DNA of 63,173 nucleotides, counting the filler, from Octopus bimaculoides (Eukaryota): assembly GCF_001194135.2 (NCBI RefSeq). It is 8 parts of 8 records of this genome, joined end to end, with 100 filler letters (N's around TTAATTAATTAA, not from the genome) between each part and the next. Parts side by side here need not be neighbours in the genome. Positions count along the whole stretch, not along the records: positions 6,818 to 12,401 come from NC_068982.1; positions 12,502 to 15,256 come from NW_026404974.1; positions 15,357 to 36,899 come from NC_068992.1; 5 more parts are not named here. The stretch is one strand, 5' to 3'. Positions within the stretch are counted from its first letter, which is position 1. Each line of letters begins with the position of its first letter. The notes below the pieces were generated by a model. It did no database searches. It worked only from the letters and a program-made list of their open reading frames with translations, and was not told the origin of the DNA. Below, piece after piece: positions 10,784 to 22,619 of the stretch. The position numbers were made by a program, and so were the translations under genes.

Positions 10784-11377
10784 TGACAGCAGCTATTTGG
10801 TAAGATAATAAAAGAGAGACAGACTGTAAGAAGAGAGCGTATGATCGCCGTGAAATGATATTTTTATGGTTTGATCAGAGGTATAAAGGGGCGGCCCTCA
10901 TGACCTTTTGTAGAACCTTCCCGGCGAGCGGGAAAAATAAAGCAGGAAAGGAGAAAGTTTTCCGCAGATTACAGACCAAACTCGAATGCTCCCAACTGAA
11001 TGGTCTCTGTTTAAAATGACGCCTATGAGTAAAAGGATAATATTGAACTGGGCTGCTAATTACTGCTAACGCATTTGTACAACATTTTTTGCCTATTTGT
11101 GTCAAGAAATAGGTGTTATTGACTGGTTGTTTAAAGAGTGGAAATTGTCACAAACTAAATGCATTTGTAAATTAGTGGGAGATTTTTTTAAGTGAAGGAA
11201 TTAAAGAAAAGAGAGGGGGAAAATGATGTATACAAGTTAAATATTTATAATCGAATTAGTTGAAGATTATCCCGACGATAACCATAAGCGCTATAATCTT
11301 ATGGACCGTATTACTGAACAAAAATGCAATCAGTTGAACAGTTAAACTAGAACAATATCAATATAGAAGTTGTATAA

Positions 11378-11589
11378 GGCGGCGAGCTGGCAGAATCGTT
11401 ACTGCGCCGAGAAAAATGCTTAGCGGCATTTCTTCCGACTTTACGTTCTAAGTTCAAATGCTGCCAGGGTTGGCTTTTCCTGTCATCCTTTCGGAGTCAA
11501 TAAAATAAGTACCAGTTGAGGACTGGGGTCGATTTAATCGACTTAGCTTCTCCTCGAAATTGCTGGCTTTGTGCCAAAGCTTGAAACCA
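11378..11589 (+). mobile_element. tRNA-derived SINE, family A
   Basis: GGCGAGCTGGCAGAATCGTTA head, GTTCAAAT B-box, central TCATCCTTTCGGAGTCAATAAAATAAGTACCAGTT, tail TGTGCCAAAGCTTGAAAC. Confidence 0.85.
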
Positions 11590-12234
11590 GTATAGTTGTA
11601 TATTGACTATTCTACAATATAACTGTTTCGGTGTTAAAACACGAGCTCAAATCATGTTGCTGATCAAAGTTACTGTACATGTATCGGCATAATTAGCACA
11701 CACAAACAATATTAATCAAATATTGAATATGAAGACTCCGTGCAGGGGTGTTTGTATCTGATATTCCTACCGTGTATGCAGACAACACAACCCAGCTAAG
11801 TGAAGATATCCGTTCTTGGTAATTCAGACATGTACTTTTTATAAAAGCACTTCTTTCGTATTTCCGGAGTGAAGATTCCAAGTTAGGTGAACAGAATATA
11901 AATGAGTAACAATATGTACAGGTGTCAATTTATTACGGCCGTTTCAAGCGGCTCTTTTAATTGATTAATGAAAACATTACATTAAATTGAAAGAAACAGT
12001 TCTCGTCAGATGACCGCATAGACTTCAAACATAAGGATACAAACATTTTAAAAAACATATTCACATTAATAATGGAACTCAAAACATTTACATTATTTCT
12101 TTTGTCATATCTGTCAAGCCTACTATAATTTAAAAAGTAACAGAGGAAATAGTAAGGGTCAGAATATATATAATACTGAAATATTAGCACCAAGCAGTAT
12201 CTAGGCAAAAGCGAAGTTGAGGTAAATTAAAATA

Positions 12235-12362
12235 TGTTTGTGACATATTTCAACTGCTAAAAGGCAAATTCACTGCAGTTACCGTAGAGAAAAATTTCTC
12301 TTAAAATAAAAAGGTGTAAAAAGACTACATCTGTTCAGTGTCGCCATCTATCGGGATTTCTT
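12235..12362 (+). mobile_element. Left half of a TA-flanked MITE (same family as 39571-39918)
   Basis: TA-TGTTTGTGACATATTTCAACTGCTAAAAGGCAAATTCACTGCAGTTACCGT matches both TIRs of the 39.6 kb copy. Confidence 0.75.
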
Positions 12363-12367
12363 TGTGT

Positions 12368-12401
<34 letters not shown>

Positions 12402-12930
12402 NNNNNNNNNNNNNNNNNNNNNNNNNNNNNNNNNNNNNNNNNNNNTTAATTAATTAANNNNNNNNNNNNNNNNNNNNNNNNNNNNNNNNNNNNNNNNNNN
12501 NATATACGTATACATCTTACATATCTAGCGACACAGATACCAACATATGACCACCGCACACATTCGCACTTATGTGTGTGCATAAATCTTTGTGTGCGTG
12601 CCTGTGCGCCCGTGCGTACGTGCTAATACTTCAAAAACAAGACTATTTCAGAGACATAAAAAGAGCGAACGTTAAGAGACTGAAGAAGTCAATAGATATA
12701 TAAAGTTTGGTATTTCTTGCAAATTTATCGAGAATGACTTCGTGGCTGTGCAAGGTTTATGGCATATTCAAACTGTCAGATTGAATAGGACATTCACCCG
12801 ATGAAACTTCGAAATTACAGTCATTAAAATTATATGCAGGTACATATGTACATACGCAAACACACACATATATGCGCATATATACATGCACACATATATA
12901 TACGCATATATAGATAGATAGATAGATAGG

Positions 12931-12980
<50 letters not shown>

Positions 12981-13039
12981 CATATATATAGATAGATAGA
13001 TAGATCCAAATAAGACGACAAAGAAAGGCTTTAACACAT

Positions 13040-13312
13040 TCTTTAATCATCAGTTACAATTGTTTCTGTATACCAATTCTGCTTTGAACACCATTTCACG
13101 CAAGATTTCCAAGTGAAAATTTCCGTAATATTTGCGGTTTTAAACATTAGAATGGCTCTTCTTCAGACCCGCAGCAAAGGTGCGCTCCTTTATTGTGCGT
13201 CTACCAATGTTTAAAACTGCTAATATTACATAAATTTTCACTTGAAACTTTTACGTGAACTGGCGTTCAAAGCAAAGTTGGTACAGAAACAGTTGTGGCT
13301 GATCATTAAAGA
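13040..13312. mobile_element. Fold-back/MITE-like palindrome with ~110-bp arms
   Basis: TCTTTAATCATCAGTTACAATTGTTTCTGTA...GTTTTAAACATT versus AATGTTTAAAAC...TACAGAAACAGTTGTGGCTGATCATTAAAGA, with about 45 bp of spacer. Confidence 0.75.
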
Positions 13313-13512
13313 TTTGTTAAAGTCTTTTTTTACTTATTTGGATTATATTTTACTTTACGCTAAACCTACACCGGTTTTACCGCTGTGAAACCTGAATTTT
13401 CTACGCTTGAACAATTTCGATATTAGTCTGGAATCTGACAGTGTTGATAACCTAATGCTTGGAATAAGTGCAGTACTGGAAATACCTTATCTATCTACCC
13501 TTCCAGGCCTTT

Positions 13513-13577
<65 letters not shown>

Positions 13578-14412
13578 AATTTTTCTTTGTTGGCCACACA
13601 GGGCTGAACACAGAGAGGTCAAAATACAAAGTAGAGCTTTTCTTTTTTGGAAGAGAAGGAAAAAAAAAGGAAAGCGGGGGTAGAAATTCAATCAAAAGGG
13701 ATCGTTAAAAAAAAAAACGATCAATAGGGATCGTGTATTACAGAAATGTCATGATTTAAAATGGGGAAACAGATTAGGTTTATCCGTGGAAAGAAAAGCC
13801 TACGGAAAACACCACGATAACCTCGGACAATAATGTCATGCAAAAAAAAAACACGCATTACAGTAAGTGACTCTTTTTTTACCTTTTTTTTTGGTTCATA
13901 GGATTATGCTCAAGGTGGCTTCGTCAATCACACGTGCCATCCTTGCTACATTCACCCATCTTATTTTGAAACATTCACTAGACAAAACTTCCCACTCTAC
14001 TCTCACCTTCCTCTTCAAGTGATGCTTGAAGAAGTTGATGAGAGATTCACCAGAGAGGAAAGTGTTTGTCTCTAGACCTTTCAGACGCGTCCACCATACA
14101 CATTCTTTTGCCATAGCCACAAGTATGATGAAAATTGTTCTTCTTTCCCGTTTCAAGGAAGGAGGTGTGACAATATTCACGATAGACTCGGTTGATAAAC
14201 TGACTTGTCCCACACGCGATAGCAGTCGTTCGATATAGCACCACAGGTCGGAAATGGTTGGACACTGTACGAGCGCGCGCAGAACGGTTTCATCGCTCTG
14301 ACCGCATCTCGGGCAGGTCAGCACCGTGTTTCTCGAGCCATGCCTGTAGAGCTTATCCCGAGCGGGTAGCGCTTCTCGATAGCAATGCCAGGCCAGGTAT
14401 CTCTGGCAGTGC
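13578..14412 (-). mobile_element. 5'-truncated Tx1/L1-clade LINE (ORF2 C-terminal zinc knuckle plus 3' UTR) embedded in (GATA)n
   Basis: Minus frame LTCPRCGQSDETVLRALVQC...LWCYIERLL...IILVAMAKECVWWTR (CCHC-type zf-RVT, H replaced by R), stop at 13896. Pure (GATA)n lies on both flanks. Confidence 0.85.
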
Positions 14413-14425
14413 TATAGATAGATAA

Positions 14426-14494
<69 letters not shown>

Positions 14495-15103
14495 AGCGTA
14501 GGTATGTATATATGTAATGCATATGTTTATATATATGCGTATATGCGTGCACACGTATGTATGCCTACACACACATACACACACTCACACATACACACAC
14601 ACGTTTAATCTATAACCGTGAGTTCAACAAAATAATTCTGTTTTGCCCTTGGGCTTCTCAGAGTCTACTCATAGTATTTGATTAGGCTAGTTACACAGAG
14701 AACCTGAGTAGGAAGACAGATAAACAGACTTACTGTGAGATGGGAGAAAGCCATACCAGTAGCCGGATATTTGAAGAAAGAGGGTTTTGTAAAGGCAATG
14801 ACGTTTATGTTGATGTTGGTGTATACAGGGACAAAGATAGTGTTGGTGGGACTTGTGGGTGTTGTTGATGGTAATCTATGAAAAGTCATGTAGTGTTGAT
14901 GTGTATGGAGGTTATGGTGGAGAAGCTGCCGGTAACAAAGTGAGTAGTGATAAATATGGAAACATGATTGTGCTGACACAATGTAACATTCAGACTTCAA
15001 TTTGGGTCTTCCTTTGATCGAAAGTAATTTCATCATGTCCATATAAGGGTCCCATTTTATACAAACAGAGAAGAGAGATCAGCTGTCAACACCTTTTCTC
15101 CGT

Positions 15104-15147
15104 AAGTTTCCCGAAGAAGGTATCCTTACCTCGAAATGTTGAAATTT
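15104..15147 (+). ncRNA. Degenerate minimal hammerhead-like motif (PLE pLTR remnant)
   Basis: Helix I AAGTTTC/GAAATTT. Core CCGAAGA (U4 replaced by C). Helix II AGGTA/TACCT plus one extra C, then GAAA-TG-TT. Helix III is essentially absent. Confidence 0.4.
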
Positions 15148-15215
15148 CAAGTAATAGTACGAACCACTTTTTTTAATAGTTTGAAGCGTTTTGGCTTTAA
15201 AAACATTTCAAACAT

Positions 15216-15256
<41 letters not shown>

Positions 15257-15356
15257 NNNNNNNNNNNNNNNNNNNNNNNNNNNNNNNNNNNNNNNNNNNN
15301 TTAATTAATTAANNNNNNNNNNNNNNNNNNNNNNNNNNNNNNNNNNNNNNNNNNNN

Positions 15357-15406
<50 letters not shown>

Positions 15407-15747
15407 GTGCATGTAGTGTATATGTGTATACATACTATGCATGAACCGACACTCACACATCTGCGTATGTATGTATATATGTATAGATGAAATGTCTATA
15501 TATGTATGCATATATGCATGTACGTAAGTATGTGTGTGTGTATATATATATATAGAGAGAGAGAGAGGGAGAGAGAGTGAGACACATACACACACACACA
15601 TACATTCATACACTACAATTGTGAAAGGTGGGGATGTTTATACATAAACAACAAGAGATACTTGCTTATCATCCCATAAATGCTATCGTTATCATCATTA
15701 AAGTCGATATCACATAAAAATGATATCACCATCATCATCATGATCGT

Positions 15748-15778
<31 letters not shown>

Positions 15779-16189
15779 AGTAGCAGCAACATCATCATAA
15801 TAATCCTTATGATCATCATCATAAACAAAGTCAATGTTTATAGACATTATCACATAAACGCCAGCCTTATCACACACACCTGCCAGTCGGTGTGTGTGAT
15901 TGTGTACATGCGCGCGCGCGTGTGTGTTTGTGTGTGTGTGTGTGTGTGTCACACTCCTGAAATTGCTATTAAATTTAGACCGGAGGCAGTCGTGATGGCG
16001 GCGTCGACGGTGGGGCTGGTATTGGTGGTCATGGTAGTTGTGGTGCTAACGATGGAAGTGGTGGTGGTGGTGATGGTGCTGGTTTTGGTGATGGAGTTGG
16101 TGGTGGGAATGTATTATGTATTTGCTGTTGTTGTTGTTGTTGCTAATGTTGTTTAACCCCAGGTCAAACGTAATAAAAAAAAAAGGTTT

Positions 16190-16335
16190 CAGATTTTGGT
16201 ACAACGCCAGCAATGTTGGTGGAAGAGATGTGTCGATTTGATCGATGTCAGTGTTCAACTGGTACTTATTTTATCGACCCCGAAAGGATGAAAGGCAAAC
16301 TTGTCCTCGGCGGAATTTGAACGATTTGCAAGCTC
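16190..16335 (-). mobile_element. SINE family A fragment
   Basis: ACTGGTACTTATTTTATCGACCCCGAAAGGATGAAAGGCAAA...CGGCGGAATTTGAAC. Confidence 0.8.
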
Positions 16336-16819
16336 AACGTATTAATAACATCAACATCAACAACGACGATGATGATGATGATGATGATGATAAATATGAT
16401 TAAGATTTCTTTTATTCGCTTCAGAAGCATTAACTGAGAGGCGTATTAGAAAGACAGTTTACAATTCATTTGTGGGGTTAACATTTAAAAAAAAAATGAG
16501 ATGAAGAAAAGAAAAGCAAGAAAAAGTGAGATAAAACTTAAACATAAAATAGAAACAGTGAGAACACTTGATAGATGCAGTTCTTCTGATACAAGAGCAC
16601 CTGATCTCCAAGGGCAGAGGTCCTCGCCTCGTGCTGCCATCTACATGCCTGTACTTAGAGTAAATCCATTCACCCTAGCATTATTTGCCTTCGTCACACA
16701 ACTTTAGACTAATAACGCTGTGTAACAATTATTATTATTATTATTATTATTATTGTCTTTGGTCCGTAAGTGCTATTTTCTATTTGCTTCTACCTAGAAA
16801 TCAAAGGAACTGACTAATA

Positions 16820-17097
16820 TTCCCTTCAAACTTTGATTTTGTGACCTGCGCGTTAATGTTTTGAAACTTACGTATCTTTCATTGCATTTCGGACAGACTC
16901 AGCGCTGAGTTGCTAAAACAGAATTTTCTAGAATTTTCTAGAAGTTTCAAGAACTTTCTAAAGGTTTCGTGAATTTCTAGAACGTTCTGGAAACATATAT
17001 AGTAATATAAATACCGGGACCGTAAGCTGAAACATCTCAGTTTAATTTTAGCTGCCCAAGTGGAGACAAGTTTGGGGAAAGCAAAGTTTGAAGGAAA
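16820..17097. mobile_element. TA-flanked MITE carrying a heat-shock promoter layout
   Basis: 16818-16840 TATTCCCTTCAAACTTTGATTTT versus reverse complement of 17077-17099 TATTTCCTTCAAACTTTGCTTTC (20/23 identical, including terminal TA). Confidence 0.65.
16920..17042 (+). promoter_or_regulatory. Heat-shock element array + TATA box + initiator
   Basis: Eight contiguous alternating nGAAn/nTTCn pentamers at 16920-16959, further units to 16993, TATAAATA at 17006-17013 and TCAGTT at 17037-17042. Confidence 0.6.
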
Positions 17098-17199
17098 TAG
17101 CCATTAAAAAAATTTTTTGCTAAGGATAAGCAAATAAAAAATAATAGCTGCTACCCAAGGACAAAAATCGTGTTGCACAGTGTAATTTTTCTACTTTAT

Positions 17200-17382
17200 G
17201 TTCAAGGACGGCAATTTTAAGGAAAAGGGGTTTGCCGACACCATTCAACACCAGTAAGTACTTGATTGGTACTTTATTTTATCGATCTCAAAAGGAGGAA
17301 CGGCAAAGTTGAACTAGGTAGGTTTTGAACTCAGAGCCGGAGTTCAAATATTGCAAAGTATATTTAGCGGTTCTGTCAAGCC
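17200..17382 (-). mobile_element. Old SINE family A copy
   Basis: GGTACTTTATTTTATCGATCTCAAAAGGAGGAACGGCAAAGTTGAAC...TTTGAACTCAGA. Confidence 0.6.
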
Positions 17383-17629
17383 ACAAAGAAAATAAAAGTC
17401 TAATGTATCACTCAGGTACGAGTTTATTTTGTTTTCTTCATAGGCGGGGAAGAGTTGTGAGTGATTAATTAATTCAATCTCGGTATGTTACTGACACTTT
17501 GTCCTGCCACCTCAGAAACGAACAATCTCACCAGGTGGGATTTAAACCAAGAACTTAGATAGGTAAATCTAGGCATCAAATTTTATCAGTCGGTTATTGG
17601 GTGTAAAAGAATATTCAATGAAGGGCTGT

Positions 17630-17972
17630 GATATATGATATCTTTGTTTCTATCTATAGCAAGAATGATATACCAACAGAGATTACTATCTATAGCGAGA
17701 ATGATATAAAGTACTATATATATCAACATTCATAGCGAGAGCGATATCACAGAAATATGTATGAATACCCATAGCAAGAATATCATTGCAATATATATTG
17801 GAATTTATATCACTGCAGTAGCTGTTGGTAAGAATGATATAACAACAATAGATACTAATAATCATAGAGAGGCTGATGGGATACGATAGTGTTTATAGTA
17901 AAACTGATAACAAATGATAGTATACGTCATTATGCATAGCAAAAGGAAAGTATATAACAAGCGATATGCATG

Positions 17973-18018
<46 letters not shown>

Positions 18019-18098
18019 TATATACTCATGTATATAAATGTTTATATATCTATGAGTTTATATACACTATTGTTCACATCAAATCTGATATCAAACAT

Positions 18099-18144
<46 letters not shown>

Positions 18145-18225
18145 AGTATATATGTGTATGTGTGTATATATATATGCATACATGCATACATACACACATG
18201 CATACATATGAGTATGTACACGCAT

Positions 18226-18290
<65 letters not shown>

Positions 18291-18388
18291 CGCACGCCTT
18301 ATCTATAGCAATACTGGTATCAAACATAATGTGTGTGTGTGTGTGTATGTGCATTATCATCCATAACAAAGCTGATATNNNNNNNNNN

Positions 18389-18427
<39 letters not shown>

Positions 18428-19030
18428 TATATACTCATGTATATAAATGTTTATATATCTATGAGTTTATATACACTATTGTTCACATCAAATCTGATAT
18501 CAAACATTATATATATGTGTGTGTGTATGTGCATTATCATCCATAACAAAGCTGATATCAAACAATGAATGTAACACATATCAAATAGCAATGCAGCAAA
18601 CATTGGTGTTCATAGCAAAAATGCTATCAGTCCATGAGACATCAGTCTTCCTTAGCAAAGCGATATCAGTAATATCTGTAGTGCTTCCATTAAAGAAACG
18701 ATATCAACGCAATCAGAACTGGTGCCAAGAGCCAAAATATATTATCAGAGCCATCTACATTGATATGCAAACAACAAAGAGGTATCAATGCAGCGTTCCT
18801 CGTCATATACAAGCAGAGCAGAATCTATTTCTTTGCATTCTGCACTGTTATTCATGGAACTAAGCACAAACCAAAAAAAAAAAAAAAAATGATATCAGTT
18901 GAATCTGAATTGGTAGAAGAACATGGCGAATATGTGTGCCACAATATTTTCACAGACTTCTATAGTGATATACGCTATCTTTAGAATCTGCTCTGGTGTC
19001 TAAAGTAAAAATGATATCTGTGGCAATGTG
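17630..19030. repeat. Degenerate minisatellite/satellite relic, ~30-45 bp spacing
   Basis: The motif ATAGC(A/G)A(G/A)A..GATAT(C/A) recurs more than a dozen times, interrupted by dinucleotide runs. Confidence 0.5.
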
Positions 19031-19202
19031 TGTTAATATTGACAGCAATTAATTAGTAACGCAAAAAAAAAAAAAAAAAAAAAGATGACAATGAAAAAAT
19101 AACAAAATAATAAAATCTAGATTTCGATTGGGCAGAAAAACACTCAACATGATCATTAGTAACTGGTTGTTGTGTTATTATTATTATTATTTTTTAAAAT
19201 TC

Positions 19203-19578
19203 TTTTCTTTTACTCGTTTCAGTCATTTGACTGCGGCCATGCTGGAGCACCGCCTTTAGTCGAGCGAATCGACCCCAGGACTTATTCTTTGTAAGCCTAG
19301 TACTTATTCTATCGGTCACTAATGCCGAACCGCTAAGTTACGGGTATGTAAACACACCAGCATCGGCTGTCAAGCTATGTTGGGGGTAACAAACACACAC
19401 ACACAGATATATATACGACGGGCATCTTTCAGTTTCCGTCTACCAAATCCACTCACTGAGGCTTTGGTCGGCCCGAAGCTATAGTAGAAGACACTTGCCC
19501 AAGGTGCCACGCAGTGGAACTGAACCCGGAACCATGCGGTTGGTTAGCAAGCTACTTGCAGCACAGCCACTCCTGTGC
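19203..19578 (-). mobile_element. Full-length tRNA-derived SINE, family B (CORE-like domain)
   Basis: Head GCACAGGAGTGGCTGTGC...GGTTCCGGGTTCAGTTCCAC, CACCTTGGGCAAGTGTCTTCT, internal (TG)n, tail GGTGCTCCAGCATGGCCGCAGTCAAATGACTGAAACGAGTAAAAG. Confidence 0.9.
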
Positions 19579-19700
<122 letters not shown>

Positions 19701-20782
19701 AATATATTAACTTATTAAATGTTTCATATCGTATAAGAGTTATTATTATACCAAATATTGCAAGATTACACACACGCACGCACGCACGTACGCACGCACA
19801 CACGCACACACACACACACGCACACACACACACACACGCACACACACACGCACACACACACACACACACACACAAATAGATAGATAGATAGATAGACGTC
19901 GCAACTGTAGACTCACATACAGCAAAGGTTCCAAGCAACATGATATAATTTATTAATTAAAAAGGACATTCTTAAAACCGTTCAGCAGGATGGTGTTTAG
20001 GCTTTAGAATTTCCTGTTTAAATATATGTGATACGAAGAAATAAGTTTCATTAAGTAATTATTATAATACCGTAACAAACCCTATTTTTCTATAATCTCA
20101 CTTAAAATCTAGTTTTGCTTTGGTATTTCAGTTCACGGAGTTCTAAGAACAAATTAAATACAATTGCAATAATTGTTGCCCCAAACTCTGCAGAATCATT
20201 TGTACTAAGTTAGGGACAGAAAACAGGAAAGCTTCGGAGAGAATGTCATGACATTGGATTCAGTCAGCTTGTCGCCAAGTTGACATTTATCAACCAGAAA
20301 TCTTGACTAGTTTAGACGAACTCCAAGGAGTGACGAGAAAATGTGTGTTCTTGGATGACGAACCATCTTGATTCAGGTTGCAGGAGGGAAATTAGATTCC
20401 ATTCAGAACATCACTCACCCATATACAGATATACACACGTTCACATGTACATCCGTATATGTGTGTATTATATGACATGGTGTTCGTACTCATATGTTCC
20501 TTCCACTATTGATAGAATATTTCTAACCACTAGTTTGGAACATTCTCTATGTAATCTTTAACTAAGTTGTAATCTATTAATCTATTTACCTATCTGTCTG
20601 TCTGTCTCTATGTATGTGTGTCTCTCCGTCCGTCCGTTTCTCTGTCTGTTTGTCTATCTATCTGTCTGTCCGTCTATCTATCTGTCTGTCCGTCTATCTA
20701 TTAATCTACCTTCCTGTCTCCCGGTCTAACAATCTCTCAACATATACATATATACATATATAATGTAGATGTATACTATATA

Positions 20783-20819
<37 letters not shown>

Positions 20820-21129
20820 GTACATATACATATATTCATGTATGTATATATATGTGTATGTATGTATGTATGCATATATACGTATATGTACACATAAATA
20901 TGTGCATATATTGATTAACGTGTAACGCGTCTGTATGAAAAACTTAACCTCGAAGGCGCTGACACACAATATAAAAATTTCTTTCCAAAAGGTTTGCGTC
21001 ATTTTGTTTTTCTTTACTGGGGTCAATATAATCGACTAGTCCTCATCCCACAAGTTTGAGGTCTTGTGTCCCCAACAGAAAAGATTATTATCATTATTAT
21101 TATCACTATTATTATCATTATTCAGCAGA

Positions 21130-21357
21130 AAAGGGTAGTGGGTTGGATTAGAAGAATCGTTAGAATGTCAGGTGAAATACTTTCGCGCTATATATTCCGG
21201 TTCTTTAGGATCGTGGTTCAAACCCCTCTGAAGTCGTATTTGTCTTTTATCCTTCATAGTCTATAAAATAAAAAGACTCAGTCAAGTACTGTGGTCGATG
21301 CATCGACTTAACTCCTCACCATGAAACAATGATGGTCACGTGGCTAAAATCAGAAAC
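21130..21357 (+). mobile_element. Old SINE family A copy
   Basis: AGAATCGTTAGAATGTCAGG...GGTTCAAAC...TTTTATCCTTCATAGTCTATAAAATAA...GTGGTCGATGCATCGACTTAA. Confidence 0.6.
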
Positions 21358-21472
21358 AATTATTATTAAATATGTACACCCCCAAAATGTTAGTCTTTGC
21401 AGTGTAATTAAATGTTTTTTTTATTTATTTATGTGGCCCTTGTGGTTAATAAAGTAATAACAAAAACAACAC

Positions 21473-21504
<32 letters not shown>

Positions 21505-22124
21505 TTTTTGATAATCAACATCCTCATCAGCATCATCATCGTTGTCATCATCATCATCGTCTTCGTTTTGGTTGTAGTCTTTGTCATCGTCATCAACAAA
21601 ATCATCGTCATTATTATTAAATGTATTAATAAACCCAGCTTAGTAAAACCAATTAATGCATTCTTAATTATAAACTGAGACATACATTTTATTCTAATGA
21701 GTTATTAATGGTCACTAATGAGTTGTCAATATGTTGCGGTGTTCTTTGATGTTGTTGTTGTTGTTGTTGTTGTTGTGAGATTATTGATAGTGGCTCGATG
21801 ATTTGGTTAAGCAAAGCATGATAATAAAATAACAAAGCACAAAATAATATAAAGTAAAGTAACAAAATTCCTGGTTAATATATAAATCGTTTATGATTTT
21901 CTCCAATGTTCATATGTAGATTTATAAATAAGCGCCTGGAGTAAATGCTGATTATGCGCGCACACATATATGCACACGCATATATATGTACACACATACA
22001 CGCACACACGTATACAAACGTATATATATACACACAAGTTTCCAGCCATTGTCACAGAGTACTTGTAATCAGGACCAGCCTGGATCCAATATCGTGAAGT
22101 CCAATGAATGTACATTGCAATATA

Positions 22125-22299
22125 CGTAGGTTGCTCCTAAATCGTATGGTTCCGGGTTCAGTCCCATTACGTGGTACCTAGGGCAATGTCTTCCACTATA
22201 GCTGCGAGCCGACCAAACCCTTGTGAGTGGGTTTGGTGTATCGAAACTGAAAGAAACCCTTCGTGTATGTATGTATGTATGTGTGTGTGTGTGTGTATG

Positions 22300-22360
<61 letters not shown>

Positions 22361-22600
22361 GTATATATGTGCGTATGTATGTGAATATGTATGTATAGGT
22401 ATATCTATATGTGTGTGTTTGTGTATGTGTTAGTCTACCACCACCGCTAAAGCGGTGTTGATTTGTTTAGGTTCTGTAACTTTAGCGGTTCGAGAAAAGA
22501 GACCATAGAATAAATGAGAGGCATAAAAAGATTAAGCACTCAGTCGATTCGTTCGACTAAACCCTCCAAGTTATTGCCCCCAAGGATAGTGGTACAAATA
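22125..22600 (+). mobile_element. SINE family B, near full length with expanded internal microsatellite
   Basis: ATGGTTCCGGGTTCAGTCCCA...TAGGGCAATGTCTTCCACTATAGC...GAAACTGAAAGAA; tail TTAGCGGTTCGAGAAAAGAGACC. Confidence 0.8.
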
Positions 22601-22619
22601 AAGCACCATGAAGTGACAA

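Noticed and set aside
14650-15050. Minus-strand ORF 14665-15042
   Set aside because: No recognisable domain or splice support; possibly an old L2/CR1-type LINE remnant, but I cannot support a call.
18010-18560. Tandem duplication of ~100-bp and ~35-bp blocks
   Set aside because: Brackets a 10-N gap and differs only in microsatellite length; most likely two haplotypes or overlapping contigs.
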